Below, in pieces: positions 54,576-64,000 of a stretch of DNA of 64,000 bases. Position numbers and translations under genes: made by a program. A model generated the notes under the pieces. It did no database searches and had not been told where the DNA came from. It saw only the letters and a list, made by a program, of their open reading frames with translations. Location: contig CDPCPM010000019.1 of the NCBI GenBank assembly GCA_976551045.1, positions 11,594,001 through 11,658,000 of the forward strand, in the 5' to 3' direction. The stretch is from Glaucostegus cemiculus. Taxonomy: Eukaryota. Position 1 is the first letter of the stretch, and each line of letters starts with the position of its first letter.

Positions 54576-55388
54576 AACAAAAGAAACCTACCAAGTCATA
54601 TTTCAGTGTTAAAACTACTTTATTAATAACTACTTCCGATAATAAGTAAAATAAAAACAAAAGTTAGTATATTAGTACAAAAAAATGTTAAAATCTTAAA
54701 CTGTAACCCCAAAAACTATTCGTCGTGTGTGTGTGGCAAATTCCTAAACTCCAAGTCCAAGAATTGGTTCTTAAAGTTCAGTTCAGTAAGCCGTAAGATG
54801 AAACGCGAATAAAGGCTTCTTCACAAGCACCGTCCACCGAAGACAAAACATAGATATAGAGAGAGCTTAGAGAGGAATCACAAAATCCGAATGTTCCACT
54901 CAGAATTCAAACTACATTTCAGGGCTTACTCGGTAGTGACTTTCTCACCCCGAAAACTCCTTTATCGTGACTGTCCATGCAAATACCTGTGTTCTTCTAC
55001 AGGTTAGCAGCAAAGTGAATTCCATCACTTTGTTCCACAATATCTGCCACTCTGAAGAGCATCCAAAATGTGGTTATCCACGCAAACACCTGTGTCCTTC
55101 TACAGGTTACCGACGAAGTGAACTCCACTGGACTACTCCAGAAATCCATCCACGGATTTTAGTGACAAACACAGTTACTGTCCTTCATCCATCGACAGAA
55201 ACAAGACAGGCTGCCGTCTCTCCTTCTTCTCTCTCTCCATCTGTCTGTCTCTCCCTCTCCTCTCTTTTTCTTTCTTGTAATGACCTCATTACGTTAGTCT
55301 TATCTTCTGTTGATGTAATACGTTGCACACACACACACAATGTCCCATCTTAAAGGGATATTTGCCTATAGTAAGCTACTTCGTAACA
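54576..55388 (-). mobile_element. Inverted copy of the LTR, lacking the last 15 bp of U5
   Basis: Reverse complement of 53176-53988; the mirrored ORFs 53265-53597(-) and 54967-55353(+) are nearly identical. Confidence 0.92.
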
Positions 55389-56834
55389 TAGTACAGAGTG
55401 CATTAATGTAGTACAGTAAAAACAGTAACAGTACAGAGTAAGGTGTCACAGCTACAGAGAAAGTGCAGTGCAATGAGGTGCAAGGTCACAACAAGGCAGA
55501 CCGTGAGGTTATAGTCCATCTTCCTTAAGTCTGGTGGTACGTGCCCTCAGGCTCCTGTATCTTCTACCCAATGGAAAAGGAGAGACGGATGGGTGGGGTC
55601 TGATTATGCTGGCTGCTACACCAAGACAACAAAGACAGAGTCCAAGGAGGGGAGGCTGGTGTCCGTGATGTGCTGGGCTGTGTCCACAATTCTCTGCAGC
55701 TTCTTGTGGTCCTGGGCAGAGCAGTTGCTGTACCAAGCCATGATACATCCAGATAGGATGCTTTCAATGGTGCATCGGTAAAAGTTGGTAATGTCAAAGG
55801 GGACATGCCAAATTCCTTTAACCTCCTGAGGAAGTAGAGGCGCTGGTGAGCTTTCTTGGCCGTGGCGTCTTCGTGGTTGGACCAAGACAGGCTATTGGTG
55901 ATGTTCACTCTAAGGAACTTGAAGCTCTTGACCCTCTCGACCAGTGTTGCTGCCTATCCTCACTGATTGAGGTCCAGAGAAGTGTGAAGTGATACACTTT
56001 GGAAGAATTGACATGAAGTGGAGTACAAGGTTAATGACCAGATTCTGAGCAGTGTGCAGGAACAGGGAGATCTTGGGGTCTAAGTCCATTGATCTCTCAA
56101 AGTTGCCGCGCAAGTTGATAGGGTGGTTAATAAGGCATATGGTGTGCTGGCCTTCATTCGTTCAAGAGCCATGGGGAAATGTTGCAACTCTATAAAACTG
56201 TGGTTAATCCACATTTAGAGTATTTTCAGTTCTGGTCACCTCAAGGATGTGGAATCTTTAGGGAGGGTGCAGAGGAGATTTACCAGGGTGCTGCCTGAAT
56301 TAGAGAACATGTTTTATGAGGAAAGGTTGATCAAGCTGGGGCTTTTCTCTTTGGAGCGACGTAGGATGAGAGGCAACTTGATAGAGATGTATAAGATAAT
56401 GAGGGGCATAGACAGAGTGGACAGCCAGCACCTTTCTTCCAGGACAGCAATAGCTTATACCAGAGGATATCCATTTAAGGTCAATGGAGGAAAGTTCAGG
56501 GGAGATGTCAGACGTAGGTTCTTTACACAGAGAGTGGTGGGTGCCTGGAATGCACTGCTGGGGGTGGTGTTAGAGGCTGATACAATAGGGACATTTAAAA
56601 GTCTCTCAAATAGGCACATGGAATTTAGAAAAATGGAGGGTTATGGGCTGTGCAGGAGGGAAGGGTTACATTGATATTGGAGTGCTCACTCTCCCAGACA
56701 CACCCATTACGTAAGCTGTCAATCAGCCTCCCGAATGACTCAATCCAAAGCCATGTGCAAACCTCTAGGGATAAAAAAGGGTTGGGTTGTGCTTCTGAGG
56801 CTTAAATTGAGTTTGGTTGGAGGAGCACAGAAGG

Positions 56835-57141
56835 CCTGAGGGTGCGGGCAGCGTGTGTGGGGAAGGTCTGACGGTGCGGGCAGCGTGTGTGGGGAAGGTC
56901 TGACGGTGCGGGCAGCGTGTGTGGGGATGGTCTGACGGTGCGGGCAGCGTGTGTGCGGAAGGTCTGACGGTGCGGGCAGCGTGTGTGCGGATGGTCTGAC
57001 GGCGCGGGCAGTGTGTGTGGGGAAGGTCTGACGGTGCGGGCAGCGTGTGTGGGGAAGGTCTGACGGTGCGGGCAGCGTGTGTGGGGAAGGTCTGACGGTG
57101 CGGGCAGCATGCTGCGCGGAAGATCTGATGGTGCAGGCAGC
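56835..57141. repeat. 32-bp GC/CpG-rich minisatellite, about 9 copies
   Basis: Unit GCGTGTGTGGGGAAGGTCTGACGGTGCGGGCA recurs at 56851, 56883, 56915 and onward. Confidence 0.95.
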
Positions 57142-57154
57142 CTGCTAGTGGCTG

Positions 57155-57520
57155 ACAAGGTGTATAAAGTTACAAGGGGCATAGAGAGGGTGAATGCACA
57201 CAGTCTTTTTCCCAGGGAAAGGGAATCAGAAAGCAGAGGGCATAGGTTTAGGGTGAGAGGGGAAAGATTTGAAAGGGGCCTGAGGGGCAACTTCTTTACA
57301 CAGAGGGTGGTGTGTATATAGAACGAGCTGCCAGTGGAAGTGATTGAGGCAGGTACAATAACATTTCAAAGACACTTGGACAGATAAATGGATAGGAAAG
57401 GTTTAGAGGGATATGGACCAAACACAGGCAATGGGACTGTCTTAGCTGGACATCTTAGTTGACATGGACTAGTTGGGCTGAAGGGCCTATTTCCATGCTG
57501 TATCACTCTCTATGGCTCTC
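57155..57520 (+). mobile_element. CR1 3' end
   Basis: VYKVTRGIERV..RGHRFRV..FFTQRVV and a CR1 tail. Confidence 0.85.
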
Positions 57521-57963
57521 TAACCATTGCCATGAACCTACACCTGCCCTGTCCTTAACTGACCACTGTCCGTGGAACATGAATGCTGGTGGCACTAGAA
57601 TAAGTAAAATAGAAATTACAATATAATTTGCTGTAGGTGTTTAAAATTATGAAGGGAAGGGATAGGATATGTACAAGGAAGCATAAAACAGATTGTTTCC
57701 AATGTCGAAAAGATCAGTACAAAGAGACTAAGAAGAGGAGAATATTTTTCTGAATAAGGACGAATGTCATATTATGGAGGTCCACTGGATATCTAATCAG
57801 GGCAGAGACCACAGCACCACTTCAGAATAGTACTGACTTGGCTTGTCAAACCTCTTGGATTCCTTCGGAGTCTCCTGAATTGGATGATGGATTTCCTGCA
57901 TGCTGCTACTGATAAACAAGGAGGAAATTATTGAAAGGTTCCAGTTTGTACTGGGAAGAGGCA

Positions 57964-58158
57964 ACACACACAAAATGCTGGAGGAACTCAGCAGGTCAGG
58001 CAGCATCTGTGGAAGGAAAGAAACAGTCATGTTTCAGATTGAGATCCTTCATCAGGACTGAGGTTTATTTCCCTCCATAGATGCTGCCTGACCTGCTGAA
58101 TTCCTCCAGCATTTTGTGTGTGTTGCTCCAGATTCCAGCATCTGCAGAACCTCCTGTG
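57964..58158. mobile_element. Minimal Penelope-type insertion with inverted terminal segments
   Basis: Inverted arms of about 57 bp; flanked by ACTGGGAAGAGGCA and ACTAGGAAGAGGCA (14-bp TSD, 1 mismatch). Confidence 0.75.
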
Positions 58159-58849
58159 ACTAGGAAGAGGCATTTGTTTTGGACATGGGCCCTTCGAGAG
58201 ATCCAATGACAGGTCAAACGCACGTGTTTTTCTCTGTGGTTGTCTCTGATCTACTGATCCAATATTTTCCAAGAAGTTGTGTTATCATTTTGTGCTTACC
58301 ATTTAGTTTTAGAACATAGAACATTACAACACAGTACAGGCCCTTCGGCCCACAATGTTGTGCCATCGTTTTATCCTGCTCTAAGATCTATCTAACCCTT
58401 CCCTCCAACATAGCCCCCCATTGTTCTACACAGGAAATAGTTTGACACAAAAAATTTCTGGCTTTTGTATCTGTGCATGGGTGTCAAGGGAAGATCAGCC
58501 AAGATTTTGATGAAGGATCAAAGCAGGCTCAAAGGGATCTACTCCTGCTCATAATTCTTATGGGATGATTTCAATGACCATAAATCACCCATCAGAAATC
58601 TATAAGGTTTTCTTTTACAAACAGAACCATGACTGTGAATCACACTGCTTCAGGACTTGCTAAATTTGATGATTCATATATCCCCAGAGGATTAATAGTC
58701 CATTTCCCAATTTTATATCTTTAAATAATATTGCAAAGTAAGTAAGTATGTCTGGTGTGCCAAATGCTTGGACCTGAATATCTGTAAAGTAAATTTTCTG
58801 TTAGCAATAAGTGCTATGGAATTTGTAACCAAATACCATCACAATTCTG

Positions 58850-59710
58850 ACACAAGAGACTGCAGATGTTGGAATCTGGAGCAAGAAACAATCTGCTGGA
58901 AGAACTCAGCAGGTCGAGTAGCATCCGTGGGAGGAAATTGTCGACGTTTCCGGTTGAAATCCTGCAACAGGACCGAGAGTGGAGCGGGGAGATGGCCAGT
59001 GTAAAGAACAGAAGGGGGAGGGGTGAGACAGGACTCCGAGGGGATTGGTGGACTGAAGAGGGATGAAAGATGAGGGAGCAGGGGTAGAACTGGGAGACAG
59101 TGACAGGTGAATGATAGATGGAAGCAGACAGAGAGAAAAAGAGAGGCAGATGGAGCAAGGTGGGGGGGTGGTAGGGAGAGAAGTGTGAAAACTGGAGACA
59201 GCTGCTGGAGGGAGATAAGCAGGAACACAAAGAGTTCTACTCTGATAAGTAAAGGAGGTGAGAATGGGAGCCAGTAGGGGAGGGGTGAACGGCAGTTGGA
59301 ACTGTTATGTTTGTTCTTCATCACGAGACAAACTTGGCGTGGGTTTAACATCTGAACAGTTATTAAAAAACAACAACAGGCTGCAATAGACTTGCAACAG
59401 ACAGGCTGGCTGCTTTCACCCCTGCTCCTTCCAGCCACTTCCTGTTTCCCCCATGTGACCCCTTGCACTGCCTACTGGGGAGTGTAGTTCTTTATTATAA
59501 CTACACAATAACACATAGTAACACATAATAACACAGGAACCAGAACCAGATGGGGGGATGGGAGAGCCTGTGGGTGAGCCGCGTGCGTAGTGGGCGGATG
59601 GAACCAGGTGGGGGAGGGGGACGAGGGGAGGGGAGGGGGTTCAGGGAAAGGGGACAAAACTTGGAGGACGAGATGAGGGTTGGAAGGAGGGAGAGTAATT
59701 TACTGCTTTT
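58850..59710 (-). mobile_element. Penelope-like terminal/UTR fragment related to 41798-43230
   Basis: Shares ctactctgataagtaaaggagg..gcagttggaac and terminal sequence with that element. Confidence 0.7.
59303..59535. mobile_element. Short solo-LTR-like insertion (233 bp)
   Basis: TG...CA ends and a perfect 5-bp TSD GGAAC; interrupts a sequence that is contiguous at 43170-43185. Confidence 0.65.
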
Positions 59711-59724
59711 ACTTTAGATGTTAT

Positions 59725-60030
59725 TTTAGACCAGGGCGACAATGGCTAACACGAGGGGACATAATTTTAAGGTGATTGGAGGAAGGTTTAACGGGGATGT
59801 CAGGGGTAAGTTTTTTACACAGAGTGGTGGGTGTGTGAAATGCACTGCCGGCAGAGGTTGTGGGGGCAGATACACTAGGGACATTTAAGAGACTCTTAGA
59901 TAGACACATGAATGATAGAAAAATAGGGGGCTATGTGGGAGGGAAGGGTTAGATAGATCTTAGAGCAGGATAAAATGTCAGCACAACATTGTGGGCTGAA
60001 GGGCCTGTACTGTGCTGTAGTGTGCTATGT
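59725..60030 (+). mobile_element. CR1 3' end
   Basis: TRGHNFKV..FFTQ motifs and a CR1 tail. Confidence 0.8.
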
Positions 60031-60059
60031 CCAGTATCCACAGCTTTTTTGATTTTCAC

Positions 60060-60320
60060 TTGATAGCGCTGCCTGTTACAGGGGATATTTTCCCTCCTGT
60101 TCTTTGAAATATTATCATCAGATCTTTGACTTCCACCTGAGAGAGGTGACAAGGCCTTGTTTTAATACCTCATTGAGAAGATGGCACCTCTAACATTGCA
60201 GAGCTCTCTTCCCTCCTGCCCTGGAGGACCAGGAGCCGCCTTGATTGTTGTGCTCATGTTTCAAGAATGGGACCTCCACCCCAAACCTTCTGACTAACCA
60301 GCTCTGCAACTCTGCCATGC
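60060..60320 (-). mobile_element. Deu-domain SINE (SacSINE1/AmnSINE1-related), degraded
   Basis: gatctttgacttccacctgagag..ggccttg.tttaa..ctcat..agatggcacctc resembles the recalled Deu-domain consensus; weaker copies at about 2440-2680 and 51675-51800. Confidence 0.55.
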
Positions 60321-60894
60321 AATGAAAACATATCCACTGATCTGCCCTCTTTTAAATGTTGAAATTGTGGTCGGCTCACTTGTGTATCTCAGGTTGTAAA
60401 CACGCCTCCTTAAGTCTTTGTTGTTAAAAAGGTTTGCAAACGGCCTTACTCCAAATGATCCCATTCCACACACACATTTATGTAAGGAAATGTTCTTCTG
60501 AGTTTCGCAACAGGATCTTAGGAGTTAAAAATAAAACCTTTGGTAAGTTTTATATCCAGATTTCTTTCTAAAAACCTGGTTAAAGTAAAACTGTACAAAA
60601 GATTTTTTTTTCTTTTCAACAAAGTTTTGCTCTAATTACATCCGCAGTAAGTGAACCCGCCTCCACTGTGCGAGAGGTGGAAACAGTGGTTACTGCGAGA
60701 GGACTCGTCACATGATGAGAATCATATGATACATTCGGTGCAGCGGCTGGACTTTTCCATGTGTTGTCAGCGCAGTCACAGTCTGGACAGGAAAATAGGA
60801 ATTGTCTTCAGTCCGACCCAGGGTGAAAACAGAGATTTAATTCGCGAGTGAAACTGGCGTCGCCCCAGCTGGACAGCAGCTTTAAATAAATAAC

Positions 60895-60949
60895 ATGAAG
60901 CTCCTCGGACAGGGATGTTACCTGCTTCTTCTCGCCTTCTCTTCAGTCG
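60895..60949 (+). CDS. Probable first coding exon (signal peptide) of an unidentified secreted or membrane-protein gene
   Basis: AACATGA start. MKLLGQGCYLLLLAFSSV+G|gtgagc, a 55-nt phase-1 leader exon, preceded by CpG-containing non-repetitive sequence. Confidence 0.55.
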
Positions 60950-61373
60950 GTGAGCAATGTCTGTTTGTTTGGCAGGAGTTTCTTCTCTGGCTAAACGTCC
61001 ATTCGAATTGGGAATTTCTTTTGGAGTGTTTTTTAAATTATTTTGTGTGTCTAGGAACGAATAATGTTGAAGTTCTTAATAAAACAATTGCATGATCATA
61101 AATGCAAAATGTGGAGTAGGCTCTCTTCTAAACAGGAAATGAGTTTTTTTAAAACAACACTAGCAATATTAGAATTTTTAAATTAAATTTTTACTATAAC
61201 GAGTCTCTTAATCCGCCCTTTTTATTTCAAATGTGAAGACACCTGCTGTGTTTGATATTACCTGACTTAGGAGCATCTGCACGTAAACCTGTAAATTAGA
61301 GGATATTCAATAAGCAAAGATTCTCTAGAAATCTGAACACGTTTTCTAATTTATTGCTTAGCTTTCCTTGCAG

Positions 61374-61395
61374 CCTTGCATGCCGAAGGGTTCTG
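61374..61395 (+). CDS. Possible 22-nt micro-exon 2 of the same gene
   Basis: ctttccttgcag|CCTTGCATGCCGAAGGGTTCTG|gtaaga. Continues the frame as (A)LHAEGF, giving an A-x-x-A signal-cleavage-like end. Confidence 0.4.
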
Positions 61396-62168
61396 GTAAG
61401 ATGATAGGTATGGCTGAAATTGGGTCCAGTTGTTGATAGCCTGTGTTCTGGTGATTATTATTAGAGTAACAAAAGAGGAAGGGAGGAAAAACTACATTTA
61501 AGGCTGAACACGTTAAACAACACTTAGAGTGCATTTAATAATAATAAACCTTGTTTATTAAACCATAATTTCCCAGGTCAGTGGGATTGAAAGTCCGGGG
61601 TTTTACGCTTGCTCCACTGTCCCTATGTTTGACATGTGGTTTTCTGCACTTCAGGCCAAAAGTACCTGGTGGATTTTGGATTCCTACTCTAACCAATAGA
61701 AAAGATCGTTGCCAATTTTCTGTCAAACCATCTTGCCATATGGAGTCATGATATTTAAAAACAAAACTTATTCAGATCAATTACATGAACTGACATTGGA
61801 CTTTCCAAACACTTCTTAAAAATTTGTTTTTAGTGCCAACAAGTTAAATTTAATGAGTGTTTGAATAATGACCTTCTGTTGACTCCTTTGTGTTCAATTT
61901 TCATTGTAATGTGTAAATTTGTTAATTTTCTTTAAATAGACCTGAAGCTTTTTATCCTCTGTAGGTCCTACCGATCAGTAACTGCTGTGTATTGGGAGTT
62001 GTAAAATGCAAAGAATGAAAACAGTCCATTAAATCCATGGGTTAGCGTTTAAACTGCACATGAGCTGCTCTTGACTGTATCCCTCTATTCCCTTTTTATG
62101 TACATCACCACTGACCATTTCAACCACATGGGTAATGAGTTGTGCATTTTTTCTGTTTTTACCACTTC

Positions 62169-62341
62169 ATGTAATCATCTTAAGCATTTTGAGCTATTAG
62201 ATTCTTGTTGACTGAATGATTATCAGATCTACCCTCTAGTATCTTGAACTTCATTTTTTTCCCCCATGGTACAAGAAGATAGATCTGATAATCATTCAGT
62301 CAACAAGAAACTAATAGCTTAAGTGTTTAAGATGATTACAT
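62169..62341. repeat. Imperfect inverted repeat, arms of about 62 bp, 48-bp loop
   Basis: 62169-62231 is the reverse complement of 62280-62341 with few mismatches. Confidence 0.9.
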
Positions 62342-63364
62342 ATTATCCCTCAACTTGCAACTAGTGTTTCTATTTTAGCAGGAACTGAAGAATGGACTCC
62401 CTGACCAAAAAACACTTGCAAAACTGTCAATGTGCTTATTTCCAACCCTAACAACCGAACTATTGACTGCGTTACAGTTCCGTCAATGAAAGTCCCAAAG
62501 AATGTTTTTTTTTAAAAAAGAGACCTTTTCACCAATAGCCAAGTGGTACTTTGTAGGTCCAATTCTGACTGAAAGTCTCAGTTTGACCTTCTGGAAAAAG
62601 GCAGGTCAGGGTGATGATTGAGTGGATATACAAATATCCTGCAGCTAATTGATGAAGAGAAATCTTCCTCAAGCTGGCCTAAATCTGACATCGCTGCTTG
62701 CAGTGTTTGAGATCCTGCTGTTTGCAAACTGGACTGCTCTGATATACAATGTTATTACAATAACCACACCCCGCAAACTAATTAATTGAAATAATTTGGA
62801 ACATGAGATTAAACCTGCAGAATAGGCCCACTTCTTCCACTCTGAAACAGTAGAAATGCTCAACTATAAACATGTATTTATAAATTTAAGTAGAAATGTC
62901 TGTGCGGAGATGGAAGAATATATACAGAAGTAGGAGGGTAGCAACTGAAATCACCCACTCGCCAGAAAACTGTCAGGATCTTATGCTTGACATTAAATCT
63001 GCTCAACCCAAAGCCAACAGGGTGCATTTCAAACCTGTGTTTTTATGACTGCAGTTTTAACTGGTGGCTCAAACTGGGATGTTGCTGTAGTCTTTCTGTC
63101 AAGAGAAGTTAGCAGGAAGTGAAGCTGGATTTGAGGTACTATAAAGAGATTATAAAGATTTTTAGCACCGAGACCATGGCAGCTAGGAAATATCTTTGCG
63201 GTCTGTAAAGAAATTCCTCTATCACTTATCACTGTTCCAACTCCTCTGCTCCACCAGCAAAAAAAAACCTGGCTGGAATTAAAATCCAATCTGCGAGTGG
63301 GAAACTCTGCTTTTGCTTCCATATCATTCTTAAATCCTGCTAGGAATATTGGCAGGAAGCAGTC

Positions 63365-63677
63365 CCACAAGCCATCAGAACTGTGAACTCTCTCATTCCT
63401 CCATCTACCCTGTTAACACTAAAGGGTGCTAGGCGCTCAGAAATGCACCAGCACTTTAAATGCCCGCCACCAGTTCGTTCACTTTAAAAACTATTTATTT
63501 AACCTGCTGAATTTAATTTAAATTTCGTGGTTTTGATGTTTTTTTTTAGTGTGCATCAGTGTGTCTCTTCTGCTTGTTATTTAATGTGACATGCACCTGT
63601 GGAGGACGGTATCTTGCTCCTATGCATACTGTGTGTGTGTATATGGTTGTGCCAATAAAACTGATTCTTCTTCTTCT
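63365..63677 (+). mobile_element. Rex1/Babar 3' UTR stub
   Basis: Reverse complement of about 34215-34530; AATAAA followed by a (TTC)n tail. Confidence 0.8.
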
Positions 63678-64000
63678 GAAAATCCCAAGACCAGGAAGTT
63701 GTTAACAACATGCCAGGTCGTTGGGTTGGAGACTGCCAGGGAAAAGGGAGTGAACCCATGGCAGGGAAGATGAATCTACCTTTGTGGTACTGGAGGAACA
63801 TTTTATTTAAAAGTATAAAATTCATGCATGGTCCTTGCTGCCTTGTCATGTCACTAGTTAAAATGCCAGCTGGATCCCATTTGCTGGTCTGTCTTTCTGG
63901 TGCAGGGTCTTTAGACCTGAAATGTTACCTCTGTCTCTTTCTACAGATACTTCCTGACCTGCTGAATATTTCTCTCACTTTATTTTACTTCAGATTTTCA

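Larger units (their letters stand above)
53053..55945 (-). mobile_element. Rex1/Babar-clade LINE 3' part, split by the LTR element
   Basis: KKAHQRLYFLRRLK and FYRCTIESILSGC ORFs; (CCAATA)n tail at 53054-53075; its 3' UTR matches 44870-45095. Confidence 0.85.
52305..56675 (+). mobile_element. CR1-clade LINE: ORF1 SGNH esterase and start of ORF2, interrupted at about 53052-55970, then ORF2 C-terminus
   Basis: VRCLPG..VVVHIGTN (esterase), YFNVSSIRNK.DEL (APE endonuclease start) and ORF 56249-56674 (CR1 C-terminus); most of the endonuclease/RT region is absent. Confidence 0.85.

Noticed and set aside
53265-55353. Duplicated MTVHANTCVLL... ORFs as a gene pair
   Set aside because: Both are antisense readings of the two LTR copies and end in a CT microsatellite.
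53176-55388. DIRS element or DNA transposon as the explanation for the inverted repeats
   Set aside because: TG..CA LTR ends, a tRNA PBS, a gag-like ORF and a 4-bp TSD point to an integrase-type LTR origin; DIRS elements typically lack a TSD and tRNA PBS, and no transposase is present.
56835-57141. 32-bp repeats as a CRISPR array, and ORF 56802-57290 as a gene
   Set aside because: The units are directly tandem with no unique spacers and no cas genes, in a vertebrate context; the ORF is a by-product of the repeat.
61965-62460. Candidate third exons for the 60895 gene (acceptors at 61964 and about 62381)
   Set aside because: In the required phase they hit stop codons quickly or lack a convincing donor.

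Overview
Vertebrate nuclear DNA, probably from a cartilaginous fish (shark or ray); this is inferred from the repeat landscape of CR1, Rex1/Babar and Penelope-like elements and HE1/V-type and Deu-type SINEs. Two spliced genes could be assembled by hand with GT-AG junctions and consistent phases. NELFA (+ strand) has coding exons 2-11 at 13319-28159, with exon 1 upstream of the window. INO80B (- strand) is complete, with 5 exons at 49118-33513 (321 aa) and a CpG-island promoter. The two genes lie tail-to-tail. A probable third gene starts with a signal-peptide exon at 60895. Most other ORFs in the track are transposon debris or spurious. The most unusual structures are: (1) a 2.2-kb Gypsy-type retroelement whose two LTR copies are inverted, yet which is flanked by a clean 4-bp target-site duplication (TSD) and sits in a LINE-in-LINE nest; (2) a small TSD-flanked Penelope-type hairpin insertion with a degenerate minimal hammerhead-ribozyme motif in its loop, plus further copies of the motif; (3) a 17-nt exact T7-promoter match next to an adapter-like sequence at a LINE junction; (4) a four-level transposon nest in INO80B intron 2. 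Repeat boundaries are approximate unless a TSD is quoted. All family calls come from recalled motifs, not database searches.
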